Of a stretch of 55,384 bases of DNA, positions 19,952 to 29,109 are shown piece by piece. The translations under genes were made by a program, and so were the position numbers. The DNA lies in contig JASFYR010000020.1 of NCBI GenBank assembly GCA_045047115.1, positions 1 through 55,384 of the forward strand. Reading direction: 5' to 3'. This stretch comes from Sulfurospirillum sp. GTDB lineage: Bacteria > Campylobacterota > Campylobacteria > Campylobacterales > Sulfurospirillaceae. The notes beneath the pieces are model-generated. The model made no database searches. It was given only the letters and a program-made list of their open reading frames with translations, and was not told where the DNA came from. Position 1 is the stretch's first letter, and each line of letters starts with the position of its first letter.

Positions 19952-20106
19952 GGCAGTATTATACTATAATTTGACTGAAACTACAAGAGAGAACAAAAGT
20001 CTATCGACTTGTTCAATTCATCCCCGTCTTAGAGTTCGGGGTTTTCTTGAAAAGTTTGTGATAAAATAAAAATGAAACAAAATTATTATACTATATATGG
20101 TGTATT

Positions 20107-21024
20107 TTACCCATAAATCCCTGAACTAAGGTATCTTTCTCCTGTATCGCATAAAATTGTTACTATGGTTTTATTTTGATTTTGCTCTTCTTTTGCTATT
20201 TGTTGGGCGGCAAAAACATTTGCCCCCGCACTTATACCAACCAAAAGACCCTCTTCTTTTGCCAAATCTCTAGTAGATTGTAGTGCATCTTCGTAACTGA
20301 CTTTCATCACTTTATCATAAATATTTGTATCCAATACTTTTGGAACAAAACCTGCCCCTATGCCTTGAATTTTATGTGGACCAGGCTTTCCACCCGATAA
20401 GACAGGTGAGAGTTTGGGCTCAACTGCATAAATTTTTATATTTGGGTTTCTCTCTCTCAAGACCTTTCCTACTCCTGTAACTGTACCACCTGTGCCAACT
20501 GCTGCTATAAATATATCTACTTTTCCATCACAATCTCTCCATATCTCCTGTGCTGTTGTTAGCTCATGGATTTTTGGATTATTCGGATTGTTGAATTGTT
20601 GCGGAATAAATGAGTCTTTGATCTCTGTTTTTAACTCCTGTGCTTTTTGTATCGCTCCATTCATTCCAAGATTCGCATCAGTCAGTACCAGCTGTGCACC
20701 AAAACCTCCGAGTAGCTTTCTTCTCTCTATACTCATGGATGACGGCATTGTAAGAATCAACTTTATGCCATAGCTTGCACAAACCATCGCCAACCCTATG
20801 CCTGTATTTCCGCTTGTTGGCTCTATGATAGTCGTACTTTTGTCGATATCTCCGTTTTTCAATGCATTATCTATCATATTTAGGGCGATTCTGTCTTTTA
20901 CAGAGTGTGACGGGTTTAAAAATTCACATTTTCCCAATATGATATTTCCTGTTTGATTTGAAATTTTATTTATTTTTACCAGAGGTGTCTTACCTACTAA
21001 GTCTCTTACATTGTCTGCATACAT
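20107..21024 (-). CDS. cysK: Cysteine synthase A
   Basis: NPSHSVKDR (PLP Lys), EPTSGNTG, GTGGT, PHKIQGIG, GERYLS. Confidence 0.95.
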   Translation of the reverse strand: MYADNVRDLVGKTPLVKINKISNQTGNIILGKCEFLNPSHSVKDRIALNMIDNALKNGDIDKSTTIIEPTSGNTGIGLAMVCASYGIKLILTMPSSMSIERRKLLGGFGAQLVLTDANLGMNGAIQKAQELKTEIKDSFIPQQFNNPNNPKIHELTTAQEIWRDCDGKVDIFIAAVGTGGTVTGVGKVLRERNPNIKIYAVEPKLSPVLSGGKPGPHKIQGIGAGFVPKVLDTNIYDKVMKVSYEDALQSTRDLAKEEGLLVGISAGANVFAAQQIAKEEQNQNKTIVTILCDTGERYLSSGIYG

Positions 21025-21034
21025 GTCGTCTCCT

Positions 21035-21451
21035 TTATATGCTATAATTTATCTGTTTTATGAGCTTTTGCTCATACTCCTCGATAAACGAGAGAGGCTT
21101 TTCAAATACACGAACCAGTTGTTTGTCGCAATCATCAAAAAATAGATTGAAAATTGGATTTATCGTTTCATTTTTGATGGTACAAATTTCTCCATCCAGG
21201 ACAGTTATGATATCCTTGATCAGTATTTCTCTCTCATTTTTGGATATTTTATATCCGCCCTTTGCTCCTCTGATACTATATACCAAGTTTGCTTTTTTAA
21301 GTTCTATAAATATCTGTTCAAGATAATTTTGAGAAACATTGGTAGCCTTTGAAACATCTTTTAACTGCAACGGTTTTGAATCTTCTTTGGATTTATACAG
21401 TTCATATATCGCCATAAGGCCATATATACTTTTTTTAGTTATAAGTGCCAT
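21035..21451 (-). CDS. Rrf2-family transcriptional regulator (CymR-like)
   Basis: YLEQIF..LKKANLV.SIRGAKGGY; no three-Cys Fe-S motif; C-terminus INYSI. Confidence 0.9.
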   Translation of the reverse strand: MALITKKSIYGLMAIYELYKSKEDSKPLQLKDVSKATNVSQNYLEQIFIELKKANLVYSIRGAKGGYKISKNEREILIKDIITVLDGEICTIKNETINPIFNLFFDDCDKQLVRVFEKPLSFIEEYEQKLIKQINYSI

Positions 21452-21454
21452 AAT

Positions 21455-22717
21455 TTACTCCAAGGCCTGCTCTAAATCCTGTATCAAGTCATCGATATTT
21501 TCAAGCCCTACGCTGACTCTTATGGAACCTGGATTTACTCCTGCTTTTTTCAATTCCCAGATAGGCACTTGATTGTGTGTTGTGCTGGCGGGGTGGGTTA
21601 TGATAGATTTGGAATCGCCTATATTTACAACTACTGAGAAGATTTTTGTACTGTCTAAAATCTTTTTTGCATATTCAAAATCTTCAACTTCAAAATTAAG
21701 CAGTCCCGAACTCATACTCTCTTTAAAATATTTTTTCACGAGATGATGCTGCGGGTCATCTTCCAAGCCCGGATACGATACACTTTTTACTTTTGGGTGT
21801 GATTTTAAGAATTTAGCTACTTCATAGGCATTTTTAGAGTGTTCTTTCATCCTTACATGCAGAGTTTCAAGACCTTGTATGAAAAGCCAGGAGTTGAAAG
21901 GAGAGGGTGTTGCGCCAAAGTCTCTCATAAGAGCCAGCCTTGCCCTTAAAACAAAAATAGGAAACTCAAGGTCGGCATATACGAGCCCGTGATAGCTCTC
22001 ATCCGGTTCATTAAAATCAGGATATCTTGCATTATCTATAAGTTTGTCATTTAAACCGACTCTTTGAATCAAAACTCCGCCAAGTGCACTGCCTTGTCCA
22101 TTTATGTATTTGCTTGTGCTGTGTACTACAACATCAATACCATGTTTTAAAGGCTGAAACAATATAGGAGTTGCTACGGTATTGTCGCAAATAGTGACTA
22201 TGTTATGTTTGTTTGCAACCTCTGCTATCTTGTCTATATCTGGTATGGCAACTTGTGGGTTTGAGAGAGATTCAAAAAATATGGCTTTTGTATCTTTATC
22301 TATCAAGTCTTCCAGGTTATCCGCACTGCTGCTGTCAAAAATTTTACAATCTATACCAAATCTTTTCAGTGTATGGGTAGTTAGGGTGGTTGTGCCTCCA
22401 TAGACTTTGTTTGATACTATTATATTGTCACCCGCACTTGCGAGATTTATAAGAGCGAACAAAACAGCAGAGTGACCACTGGCTGTAGCAAGTGCAGCTT
22501 CGCCACCCTCAACAGCAGCAACTCTTTTTTCAAACACATCTGTTGTGGGATTGTTTAATCTTGTATATATTGGCCCCAGCTCTTTTAGAGCGAAAAGATT
22601 TGCAGCGTGATCTGCTGAGCCAAAATCATAAGCAGTTGTCTGATAGATTGGAACTGACATAGTTCCAAAATCATTTTTATCATATCCTGTATGTAGAGCT
22701 TGTGTTTCTTGTTTCAT
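21455..22717 (-). CDS. metY: O-acetylhomoserine sulfhydrylase (Cys/Met PLP enzyme)
   Basis: PIYQTTAY, YTRLNNPT, HSTSKYING, NIGDSKS, HPASTTH. ATG 22717 follows AAGGA; the ORF-track start at 22795 is the -35 box. Confidence 0.92.
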   Translation of the reverse strand: MKQETQALHTGYDKNDFGTMSVPIYQTTAYDFGSADHAANLFALKELGPIYTRLNNPTTDVFEKRVAAVEGGEAALATASGHSAVLFALINLASAGDNIIVSNKVYGGTTTLTTHTLKRFGIDCKIFDSSSADNLEDLIDKDTKAIFFESLSNPQVAIPDIDKIAEVANKHNIVTICDNTVATPILFQPLKHGIDVVVHSTSKYINGQGSALGGVLIQRVGLNDKLIDNARYPDFNEPDESYHGLVYADLEFPIFVLRARLALMRDFGATPSPFNSWLFIQGLETLHVRMKEHSKNAYEVAKFLKSHPKVKSVSYPGLEDDPQHHLVKKYFKESMSSGLLNFEVEDFEYAKKILDSTKIFSVVVNIGDSKSIITHPASTTHNQVPIWELKKAGVNPGSIRVSVGLENIDDLIQDLEQALE

Positions 22718-22766
22718 ACTATTTGTCCTTTGGTGGGGCAGGGTAGCCCAAATTTTTATTTGACGA

Positions 22767-22795
22767 ATTATATAGTTATTTAAAATTAATGTCAA
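22767..22795 (-). promoter_or_regulatory. sigma70 promoter of metY-rrf2-cysK
   Basis: TTGACA (22795-22790), 17 bp, TATAAT (22772-22767). Confidence 0.8.
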
Positions 22796-23233
22796 GTAAA
22801 CTTATAAAAAAAGTATAGTATGATTTATCTTCTTTGACAATAATTTATAAAATCATTGTTGTTAGTTAGCAAGCAGAAATTTAATAGTTAGCCATATTAG
22901 CAATAATACATAAAATTATACATATAATAATATATAAACCCCTAAATATAGGCGAATAATAACCAGTATATATACGATATTTTGCCAACTAACACGTTAG
23001 TAAATATGTAGATTTTATATAAATGTTTCACGGATTTTAAATATCTATCTCTCTTAAAAAGTATCTATATCAAAATAATAAGATATAATGCAAATATATA
23101 TTTTATACCATCGTGTATATTGACGAAATAAATAATTTGATATTTTTATTATTTTTCCAGATATGTTGTAATCTTATATTTCTTTATGAAACTATATGGT
23201 ACAATCCCTTTTTTAACTGAAGGATAAAAGTTT

Positions 23234-23515
23234 ATGTTTTTAAATGATGAAGATGATTTTTTGATGGGTAGCCCCAGAAGTAAATTTTACGATATAGTTT
23301 ACAATGCAAACAGGTCATTGGCTGAACAGTCGATAGATGGTGTTTTTGATAAATATTGTGCTATGGAGTTGTTGTTGGAGGAGTATATCAAGGATGATAT
23401 GGAGTTGGAATATCGCTTAAACGAGATACTACTTGGCAAAGCCGATGAACTTAATGAGCGAAAAAATTCTCTATATATTGCAGCAACGGGAGATGTTTTA
23501 ACCCAGCATGAATAA
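23234..23515 (+). CDS. DUF2018-family protein
   Basis: DEDD..GSPRSKFYDIVYNAN N-terminus; AAGGA RBS; TGGTACAAT upstream. Confidence 0.7.
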   Translation: MFLNDEDDFLMGSPRSKFYDIVYNANRSLAEQSIDGVFDKYCAMELLLEEYIKDDMELEYRLNEILLGKADELNERKNSLYIAATGDVLTQHE

Positions 23516-23945
23516 AATCCTTTTTCTGTTTTTTATACTATTTAGCATCTTCTCTTCTGCGGCGAATCAAAAGGTGTGGGAGTATCAATATAGTTTCAAT
23601 CTCAAAAAAGACAAAATTGCAACTGTTTTGGTAGATAAGCAGGCAAATAGCAAAAAAAACAGCAAAAGGTATATTCTTAAATTTAGATGGACACTTTATG
23701 CAAACAAAAATTTGATACTATTGTCCGAGTACATGAAACATCCAAATCAGTATGTAATGAAAAGGATAAGGTCACTGGATAAAGTTCGTATAAAATTATT
23801 ACAAAGTGAAAGTGATTATGGTAATGCGCCTTATGCTCTGATTATTTTTTCCGGTTTTGATGAGAAAAAAAGAGTCGCTACCCTTGATGTCTATATAAAA
23901 GATCGCAAGAAAAGAGTGCAAGTAGTGTTCAAAGCACCACAATAG
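23508..23945 (+). CDS. Exported hypothetical protein
   Basis: Signal peptide; overlaps the upstream gene. Confidence 0.65.
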   Translation: MNKILFLFFILFSIFSSAANQKVWEYQYSFNLKKDKIATVLVDKQANSKKNSKRYILKFRWTLYANKNLILLSEYMKHPNQYVMKRIRSLDKVRIKLLQSESDYGNAPYALIIFSGFDEKKRVATLDVYIKDRKKRVQVVFKAPQ

Positions 23946-23960
23946 CAGTAAGGAAATGAT

Positions 23961-24857
23961 TTGTTAAAAAAAGTTGAAATTTTAATGACTCAAATGGTTG
24001 AATCGCTAGATGATACTTATATCTTGGAGTTATTTCAAAAAGTACCAAAAGGAAAAAGATTAAGAGCAAAACTGATACTCAGGATTGCCGGATTAAATGA
24101 TGATGCCTATAAATTGGCGGCAATCGTAGAGCTTATACACGCAGCAAGCTTGTTACATGATGATGTTATAGATGATGCACTGACCAGAAGAGGTAAAGAT
24201 TCTATAAACGCACTCTTTGGAAATAAAACCTCTATAATGCTGGGTGACATACTCTACTCTAAAGGTTTTACTGAGCTGACTGCTCTGCCAAACACGGTAG
24301 CCTATAAAGTATCAAATGCCGTTGCACTGCTCTCTGTCGGAGAACTTGTTGATATGGAGCTTTCAAAATCTTTTAATAGCAAAGAAGAGCTATATATGGA
24401 TATGATTTATAAAAAAACAGCGTCATTGATTGAGGCGGCAAGTGCCAGTGCAGCATTGTTGGCAAAAAAAGATGTTAAGATTTATGAGCTATATGGCAGA
24501 AATCTTGGATTGGCCTTTCAAATTATAGATGATATTTTAGATATCACTCAAGACAGCAAAAAACTAGGCAAACCATCTCTTCACGATTTTAAAGAGGGCA
24601 AAACCACGCTGCCTTACATGTATTTGTATGACAGGATAGATGACAAAGAGAAGAAAAAATTGCTTAGTCTGTTTAAAAAAGATTTATCCCAAAATGATAG
24701 AATTTGGATTAAAAACAAAATGCGGGAGAGTTCTAGTTTGGATGATTCTTTCAAGTATGCTAAAAAATTGGGTTTAGATGCTCTAGGAGCTATCAAAGAT
24801 GAGAAAAACGATAGCCTGAGCAAGATAATCAAAGAGATGATAGAGAGAGATTTTTAA
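23961..24857 (+). CDS. ispB: Polyprenyl (octaprenyl) diphosphate synthase
   Basis: GKRLR, HDDVID...RRG and FQIIDDILD motifs. Confidence 0.88.
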   Translation: MLKKVEILMTQMVESLDDTYILELFQKVPKGKRLRAKLILRIAGLNDDAYKLAAIVELIHAASLLHDDVIDDALTRRGKDSINALFGNKTSIMLGDILYSKGFTELTALPNTVAYKVSNAVALLSVGELVDMELSKSFNSKEELYMDMIYKKTASLIEAASASAALLAKKDVKIYELYGRNLGLAFQIIDDILDITQDSKKLGKPSLHDFKEGKTTLPYMYLYDRIDDKEKKKLLSLFKKDLSQNDRIWIKNKMRESSSLDDSFKYAKKLGLDALGAIKDEKNDSLSKIIKEMIERDF

Positions 24858-26173
24858 TGCACTATCTTACTATCAGCTTTACCCATAAAAATACTGACAT
24901 TACCATAAGAGAGAGACTCTCTTTGACAGATGAGAAAAAGAGATCTCTTTTTCAGGAGAGATTAAATAACTTTGAGCACACAAACGAATCCATAGTTCTT
25001 TCAACCTGTAATAGAGTGGAGATAATATTAAGCGTTGCAAATTGCGAAAATACTATAGACAAAGTATTTTTAGAGCTATCAAAAATCTCCGGTGTTCCAA
25101 AGAATGAGTTAGAGAGTAGAGGTGACATATATGAAGACAACAGTGCGATTCATCATCTTTTTTCTGTGATATCATCCCTGGACAGTTTGGTTATCGGCGA
25201 AACCCAGATAGTAGGCCAATTAAAAGATGCATATAAATTCTCTTATGAGAAGGGATTTTGTGATCAAAAACTGAGTCGTGCTATGCACCATGCTTTTAAG
25301 TGTGCCGCATCTGTTAGAAGCAATACAGATATATCAAAAAACTCTATATCGATATCGAGCGTAGCAGTTACCAAAGCAAAAGAGATATTTGGAAACCTTG
25401 GAGGCCTGACTGCTTTGGTTGTTGGCGCAGGCGAGATGGGAAGACTTGCCGCAAAACACCTTATAGCAAACGGTGTAAATGTCATCATTCTAAATAGAAA
25501 TATGAACAGGGCCGAGAAGTTGGCAAATGAACTTGGAGAGATGGCAACTGTCGCATCTTTTTCCAAGCTTAACGAATACATAAATAGATACAGACTTCTT
25601 TTTAGTGCCACAGGTGCACCACATACGATAATAAGTGAAGATATAGTTGAGGCAAAAGAGTTCGATAGACACTGGTTTGATATAGCAATTCCCAGAGATA
25701 TAGAGGCAATAGAGATGAAAAATCTATATATCTATGCTGTAGATGATCTCAAAGAGGTTGTAAGCAACAACATAGCTCAAAGAGAGAAGCAGGCAAAGAC
25801 AGCATACTCTATCATCAGCAAGTCAACTATGGAGTTTTTCAAATGGCTCCAAACACTTTGTATCGACCCTATCATAAAAGAGATGAGGATGAGAGCCCAG
25901 AGTTGTTCGTTGCATGAGATAAACAGAGCTGTCAAAAAAGGGTATATAGATGAAGCACACAAAAAAGAGATTATAAAGATAGTGCACCATGCTTTTAACG
26001 GTTTTTTACATACACCTACCATCAGACTAAAAGAGGTAGCAGAAAAACCGGAAGCTGATGTTATAGTGCAAGCCGTTCAGTATATCTTTGATATAAATGA
26101 AGACCAGGCAAAAAAATTAAATATGTACAAATGTGAATACCAAATGGAAAATAATATGATGGAGACAAAATAG
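24857..26173 (+). CDS. hemA: Glutamyl-tRNA reductase
   Basis: STCNRVE, GETQIVGQ, GAGEMG, DIAIPRDI. Confidence 0.96.
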   Translation: MHYLTISFTHKNTDITIRERLSLTDEKKRSLFQERLNNFEHTNESIVLSTCNRVEIILSVANCENTIDKVFLELSKISGVPKNELESRGDIYEDNSAIHHLFSVISSLDSLVIGETQIVGQLKDAYKFSYEKGFCDQKLSRAMHHAFKCAASVRSNTDISKNSISISSVAVTKAKEIFGNLGGLTALVVGAGEMGRLAAKHLIANGVNVIILNRNMNRAEKLANELGEMATVASFSKLNEYINRYRLLFSATGAPHTIISEDIVEAKEFDRHWFDIAIPRDIEAIEMKNLYIYAVDDLKEVVSNNIAQREKQAKTAYSIISKSTMEFFKWLQTLCIDPIIKEMRMRAQSCSLHEINRAVKKGYIDEAHKKEIIKIVHHAFNGFLHTPTIRLKEVAEKPEADVIVQAVQYIFDINEDQAKKLNMYKCEYQMENNMMETK

Positions 26174-27880
26174 ATGAGATTTTCAAAACTCTACGCACCA
26201 ACAACAAAAGATGCACCCAAAGATGCAACACTGCCAAGCCATAAATTTCTACTTAGAGGGGGTTTTGTAACTCAAAGTGGAAGTGGACTGTACAGCTTTT
26301 TGCCTTTGGGTAAGATTGTGTTAGACAAGATAAGAGATATAGTAAAAGAAGAGATGGACAACTCCGGTGCCCAAGAGATACAGATGGGTGTCGTAACAAA
26401 TGCTGAACTTTGGAAACAAAGTGGCAGATATGATGTTTTTGGGAAAGAGCTTTGCCGTCTAAAAGATAGAAAAAACAATGAATTTGTCCTTGGACCTACT
26501 CATGAAGAGGTTGTGGTCGATATAGTCAGAAACATACTTACCAGCTATAAACAGCTACCATTGCACCTATATCAGATAACTACAAAATTTAGAGATGAAG
26601 CCAGACCTAGATTTGGACTCTTAAGAGGTCGGGAGTTCATCATGAAAGACGGATACAGTTTTCATGACTCAAGTGAATCCTTGAAAGAAGAATTTGACCA
26701 TATGGGAAAAACATATAGAAAAATCTTCACCAGACTTGGACTTGACTTTAGAGTGGTTGATGCAGACAGTGGAGCAATCGGAGGAAGCGGAAGCAAGGAG
26801 TTCATGGTTTTAGCTGATAACGGAGAAGATGATATAGTCGTTTGTGAGAGTTGCAAGTATGCAGCAAATATCGAAGCAGCAAAGAGAGCTAAAAAAACAA
26901 CCGATACAGAGCCGCCAGAGGCTGATTTTGCCAAGTTTTATACACCGACTCCTGTTAAAGACAGCATCAAACATATAGCCGAGTTTTTCAAAGTTGATGA
27001 ATTCTACACTATAAAATCTGTCATAAAAAAAGCCATATATAAAGATGAAGAGAAAATTATCTCATTTTTTATTCGTGGTTGCGATACTCTCCAGGAGACA
27101 AAGGCGCAAAATGCCTGCGGTGCTTTAGAGCTTGTAGATGCAAGCGAAGAAGAGGTGAGAAATGCCGGATTTAACCCTGGGTTTTGCGGACCTGTGGGAT
27201 TGGGTAATGAGGTAGAATTTTACATAGATAATGAACTGAAAGAGGGAAAAAATCTAATCTGTGGTGCAAATGAAGATAACTATCACTTTGTCGGTGTATC
27301 TATGTTTAACTTTAAAGACTCCAGATATAAAGATTTAGCGCAGGTGGGTGCCGGAGATATATGCCCGAAATGTGACGGAAAACTTAGCGTTACCAAGGGT
27401 ATAGAAGTAGGACACATCTTTCAACTTGGACAAAAATATGCCGCTGCAATGGATGCAAAATTTTTAGATAAAAACGGAAAAACACAAGCTTTTTATATGG
27501 GGTGTTATGGCATCGGAGTGAGCAGATTGGTCGCAGTGATGATTGAAGCCAGTCACGATGAAAAAGGCTGTATTTGGAACAAGCAGACTGCTCCATACCT
27601 TCTTGAGATAATCATCTCAAATATAAAAGATGAGGAGCAGAGCAGCTTTGCAAACGAACTCTACGAAAAGCTGGATAAGAAAAAAGTTTTGATTGATGAT
27701 AGAAAAGAGAGATTTGGTTTCAAAATGGGAGATTTTGAGCTTTTGGGATTTCCTTATGCTTTAATTGTAGGTAAAGGACTGAAAGACGGTGAAGTGGAAC
27801 TTGTAGAGCGAAAAACTCTTAAAAAAACAAAAGTGAGTAAAGATGAGATTTTACCTCTTTTGCAAGAGTTACTCTCTTGA
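26174..27880 (+). CDS. proS: Proline--tRNA ligase
   Basis: LGPTHEE, FRDEARPRFGLLRGREF, GIEVGHIF, MGCYGIGVSR. Confidence 0.97.
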   Translation: MRFSKLYAPTTKDAPKDATLPSHKFLLRGGFVTQSGSGLYSFLPLGKIVLDKIRDIVKEEMDNSGAQEIQMGVVTNAELWKQSGRYDVFGKELCRLKDRKNNEFVLGPTHEEVVVDIVRNILTSYKQLPLHLYQITTKFRDEARPRFGLLRGREFIMKDGYSFHDSSESLKEEFDHMGKTYRKIFTRLGLDFRVVDADSGAIGGSGSKEFMVLADNGEDDIVVCESCKYAANIEAAKRAKKTTDTEPPEADFAKFYTPTPVKDSIKHIAEFFKVDEFYTIKSVIKKAIYKDEEKIISFFIRGCDTLQETKAQNACGALELVDASEEEVRNAGFNPGFCGPVGLGNEVEFYIDNELKEGKNLICGANEDNYHFVGVSMFNFKDSRYKDLAQVGAGDICPKCDGKLSVTKGIEVGHIFQLGQKYAAAMDAKFLDKNGKTQAFYMGCYGIGVSRLVAVMIEASHDEKGCIWNKQTAPYLLEIIISNIKDEEQSSFANELYEKLDKKKVLIDDRKERFGFKMGDFELLGFPYALIVGKGLKDGEVELVERKTLKKTKVSKDEILPLLQELLS

Positions 27881-28299
27881 TATACTTTCTTTTATATATC
27901 TTTTTGGAGGTGATGATTAGCACAAAGATTACTTCGATGATCGGTGGTTTTTCAACATTTTTAGAGGTAGTAGTTTCGGCTATGGTTGGATTTGGTTTGA
28001 TAGCAAATTTTAGATATACATTTTTTGAGAGTCTAAATACCCTAAATAACAGATCCATATCGGTAGAGGAGTTTCAAAAGTTAAATGCTTTCTCATTACT
28101 TGGTGCATTTTTGTTGATACTGCCCGGATTTTTTAGTGATTTTTTAGGTTTGATGTTGCAATTTAGCTTTTTTGCAACACTTTTTGCACGAAAAATTCTA
28201 CATGTAAAGAGTAAAGATAGATATGAAAATTTTAATAATAAAGGAATAGATGATGATGTCATTGATGTTGAGATTATTGAGCATAATTCTGATAAGTAG
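27877..28299 (+). CDS. fxsA: FxsA-family membrane protein
   Basis: GAFLLILPGFFSD motif; acidic DVIDVE tail. Confidence 0.8.
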   Translation: MIYFLLYIFLEVMISTKITSMIGGFSTFLEVVVSAMVGFGLIANFRYTFFESLNTLNNRSISVEEFQKLNAFSLLGAFLLILPGFFSDFLGLMLQFSFFATLFARKILHVKSKDRYENFNNKGIDDDVIDVEIIEHNSDK

Positions 28300-29107
28300 T
28301 GTATTTGCCAATGCAAGCGTAACAACAGAACAGAAACTAATCAAATTTATAAACAAAGCTATAAATACAGGAAGAGGCTTTAAATTTAAAAAAGCAGAGG
28401 TTATATATAAAGAGGTGGTTCCTTCAAATAAAAATTGGGAAGCATACTTTTTGAAGATAGATTTGCAGGTTCCCAGCAAGCATAAAGATATATCTGTAAA
28501 AGATATCATCTTTTCAAATGGAAAACTTATCAGTAAAGATTTTATAGATATAAATACAGGAAGAAGTATAAAAAACTCTTTTTCATTTCCTGCAACCCCT
28601 GAGATGTATGATGATGAGCATCTGCTTACAGGGAGCAAAAATGCAAAAAACAAGCTTATTTTGTTTAGTGATCCACAATGTCCGTTTTGCATGGAGTATG
28701 TTCCGGAGTTGTTAGAGTGGATGAAGAAGCATAAGAAAAATTTTGCGCTTTATTATTATCATTTACCGCTCTCTATACATCCTACAAGCAAGGCATTGGT
28801 AAAAGCCGAATTGGCTGCTGAAAAATTGGGAATTATGAGCAATGCTGATTTAAACTTGAAAGTTTACACAGAGTTGTTTGATTTTAAAGACAATAGTGAA
28901 GCCAGTGTTTTAAAAGAGTTCAACAGAATTTTTAAGACTCATTTGACAAAAAAAGATATAAATACAAAAGATATATTAGAGAGACTAAACGGAGACATAA
29001 GAGTAGCAAGAAATTTGATGATAAATTCAACTCCGACCCTCTATGTAAATGGCAAAAAAGATCCAAGCAGATCACTATATAAGAAATTGGCAAAAGAGGG
29101 TAAATAG
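28250..29107 (+). CDS. DsbA/DsbC-like periplasmic thiol-disulfide oxidoreductase
   Basis: Signal peptide, FSDPQCPFC, cis-Pro loop STPT. Confidence 0.85.
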   Translation: MMMSLMLRLLSIILISSVFANASVTTEQKLIKFINKAINTGRGFKFKKAEVIYKEVVPSNKNWEAYFLKIDLQVPSKHKDISVKDIIFSNGKLISKDFIDINTGRSIKNSFSFPATPEMYDDEHLLTGSKNAKNKLILFSDPQCPFCMEYVPELLEWMKKHKKNFALYYYHLPLSIHPTSKALVKAELAAEKLGIMSNADLNLKVYTELFDFKDNSEASVLKEFNRIFKTHLTKKDINTKDILERLNGDIRVARNLMINSTPTLYVNGKKDPSRSLYKKLAKEGK

Positions 29108-29109
29108 AT

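Larger units (their letters stand above)
18085..20060 (-). mobile_element. IS200/IS605-family element (tnpA + tnpB in tandem)
   Basis: Left end TTTAT|CACAAAC...AAAA-CCCCG(10 nt)CGGGG hairpin; right end GAAG-CCTTTGG...CCAAATGG-TAGT-TCAC|; no TSD. Confidence 0.9.

Noticed and set aside
22718..22795. 26-aa N-terminal extension of MetY in the ORF track
   Set aside because: The TTG start is the -35 box TTGACA; the SD and family N-terminus point to ATG 22717.
22897..22923. Mini-ORF MYNFMYYC as a Met/Cys attenuator leader for metY
   Set aside because: It lies upstream of the consensus metY promoter, has no Cys/Met run and no terminator/antiterminator pair.
22860..23001. Integron attC site suggested by GTTAG/CTAAC motifs
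   Set aside because: The long repeat has the boxes in the wrong order, there is no cassette ORF and no integrase in the window.
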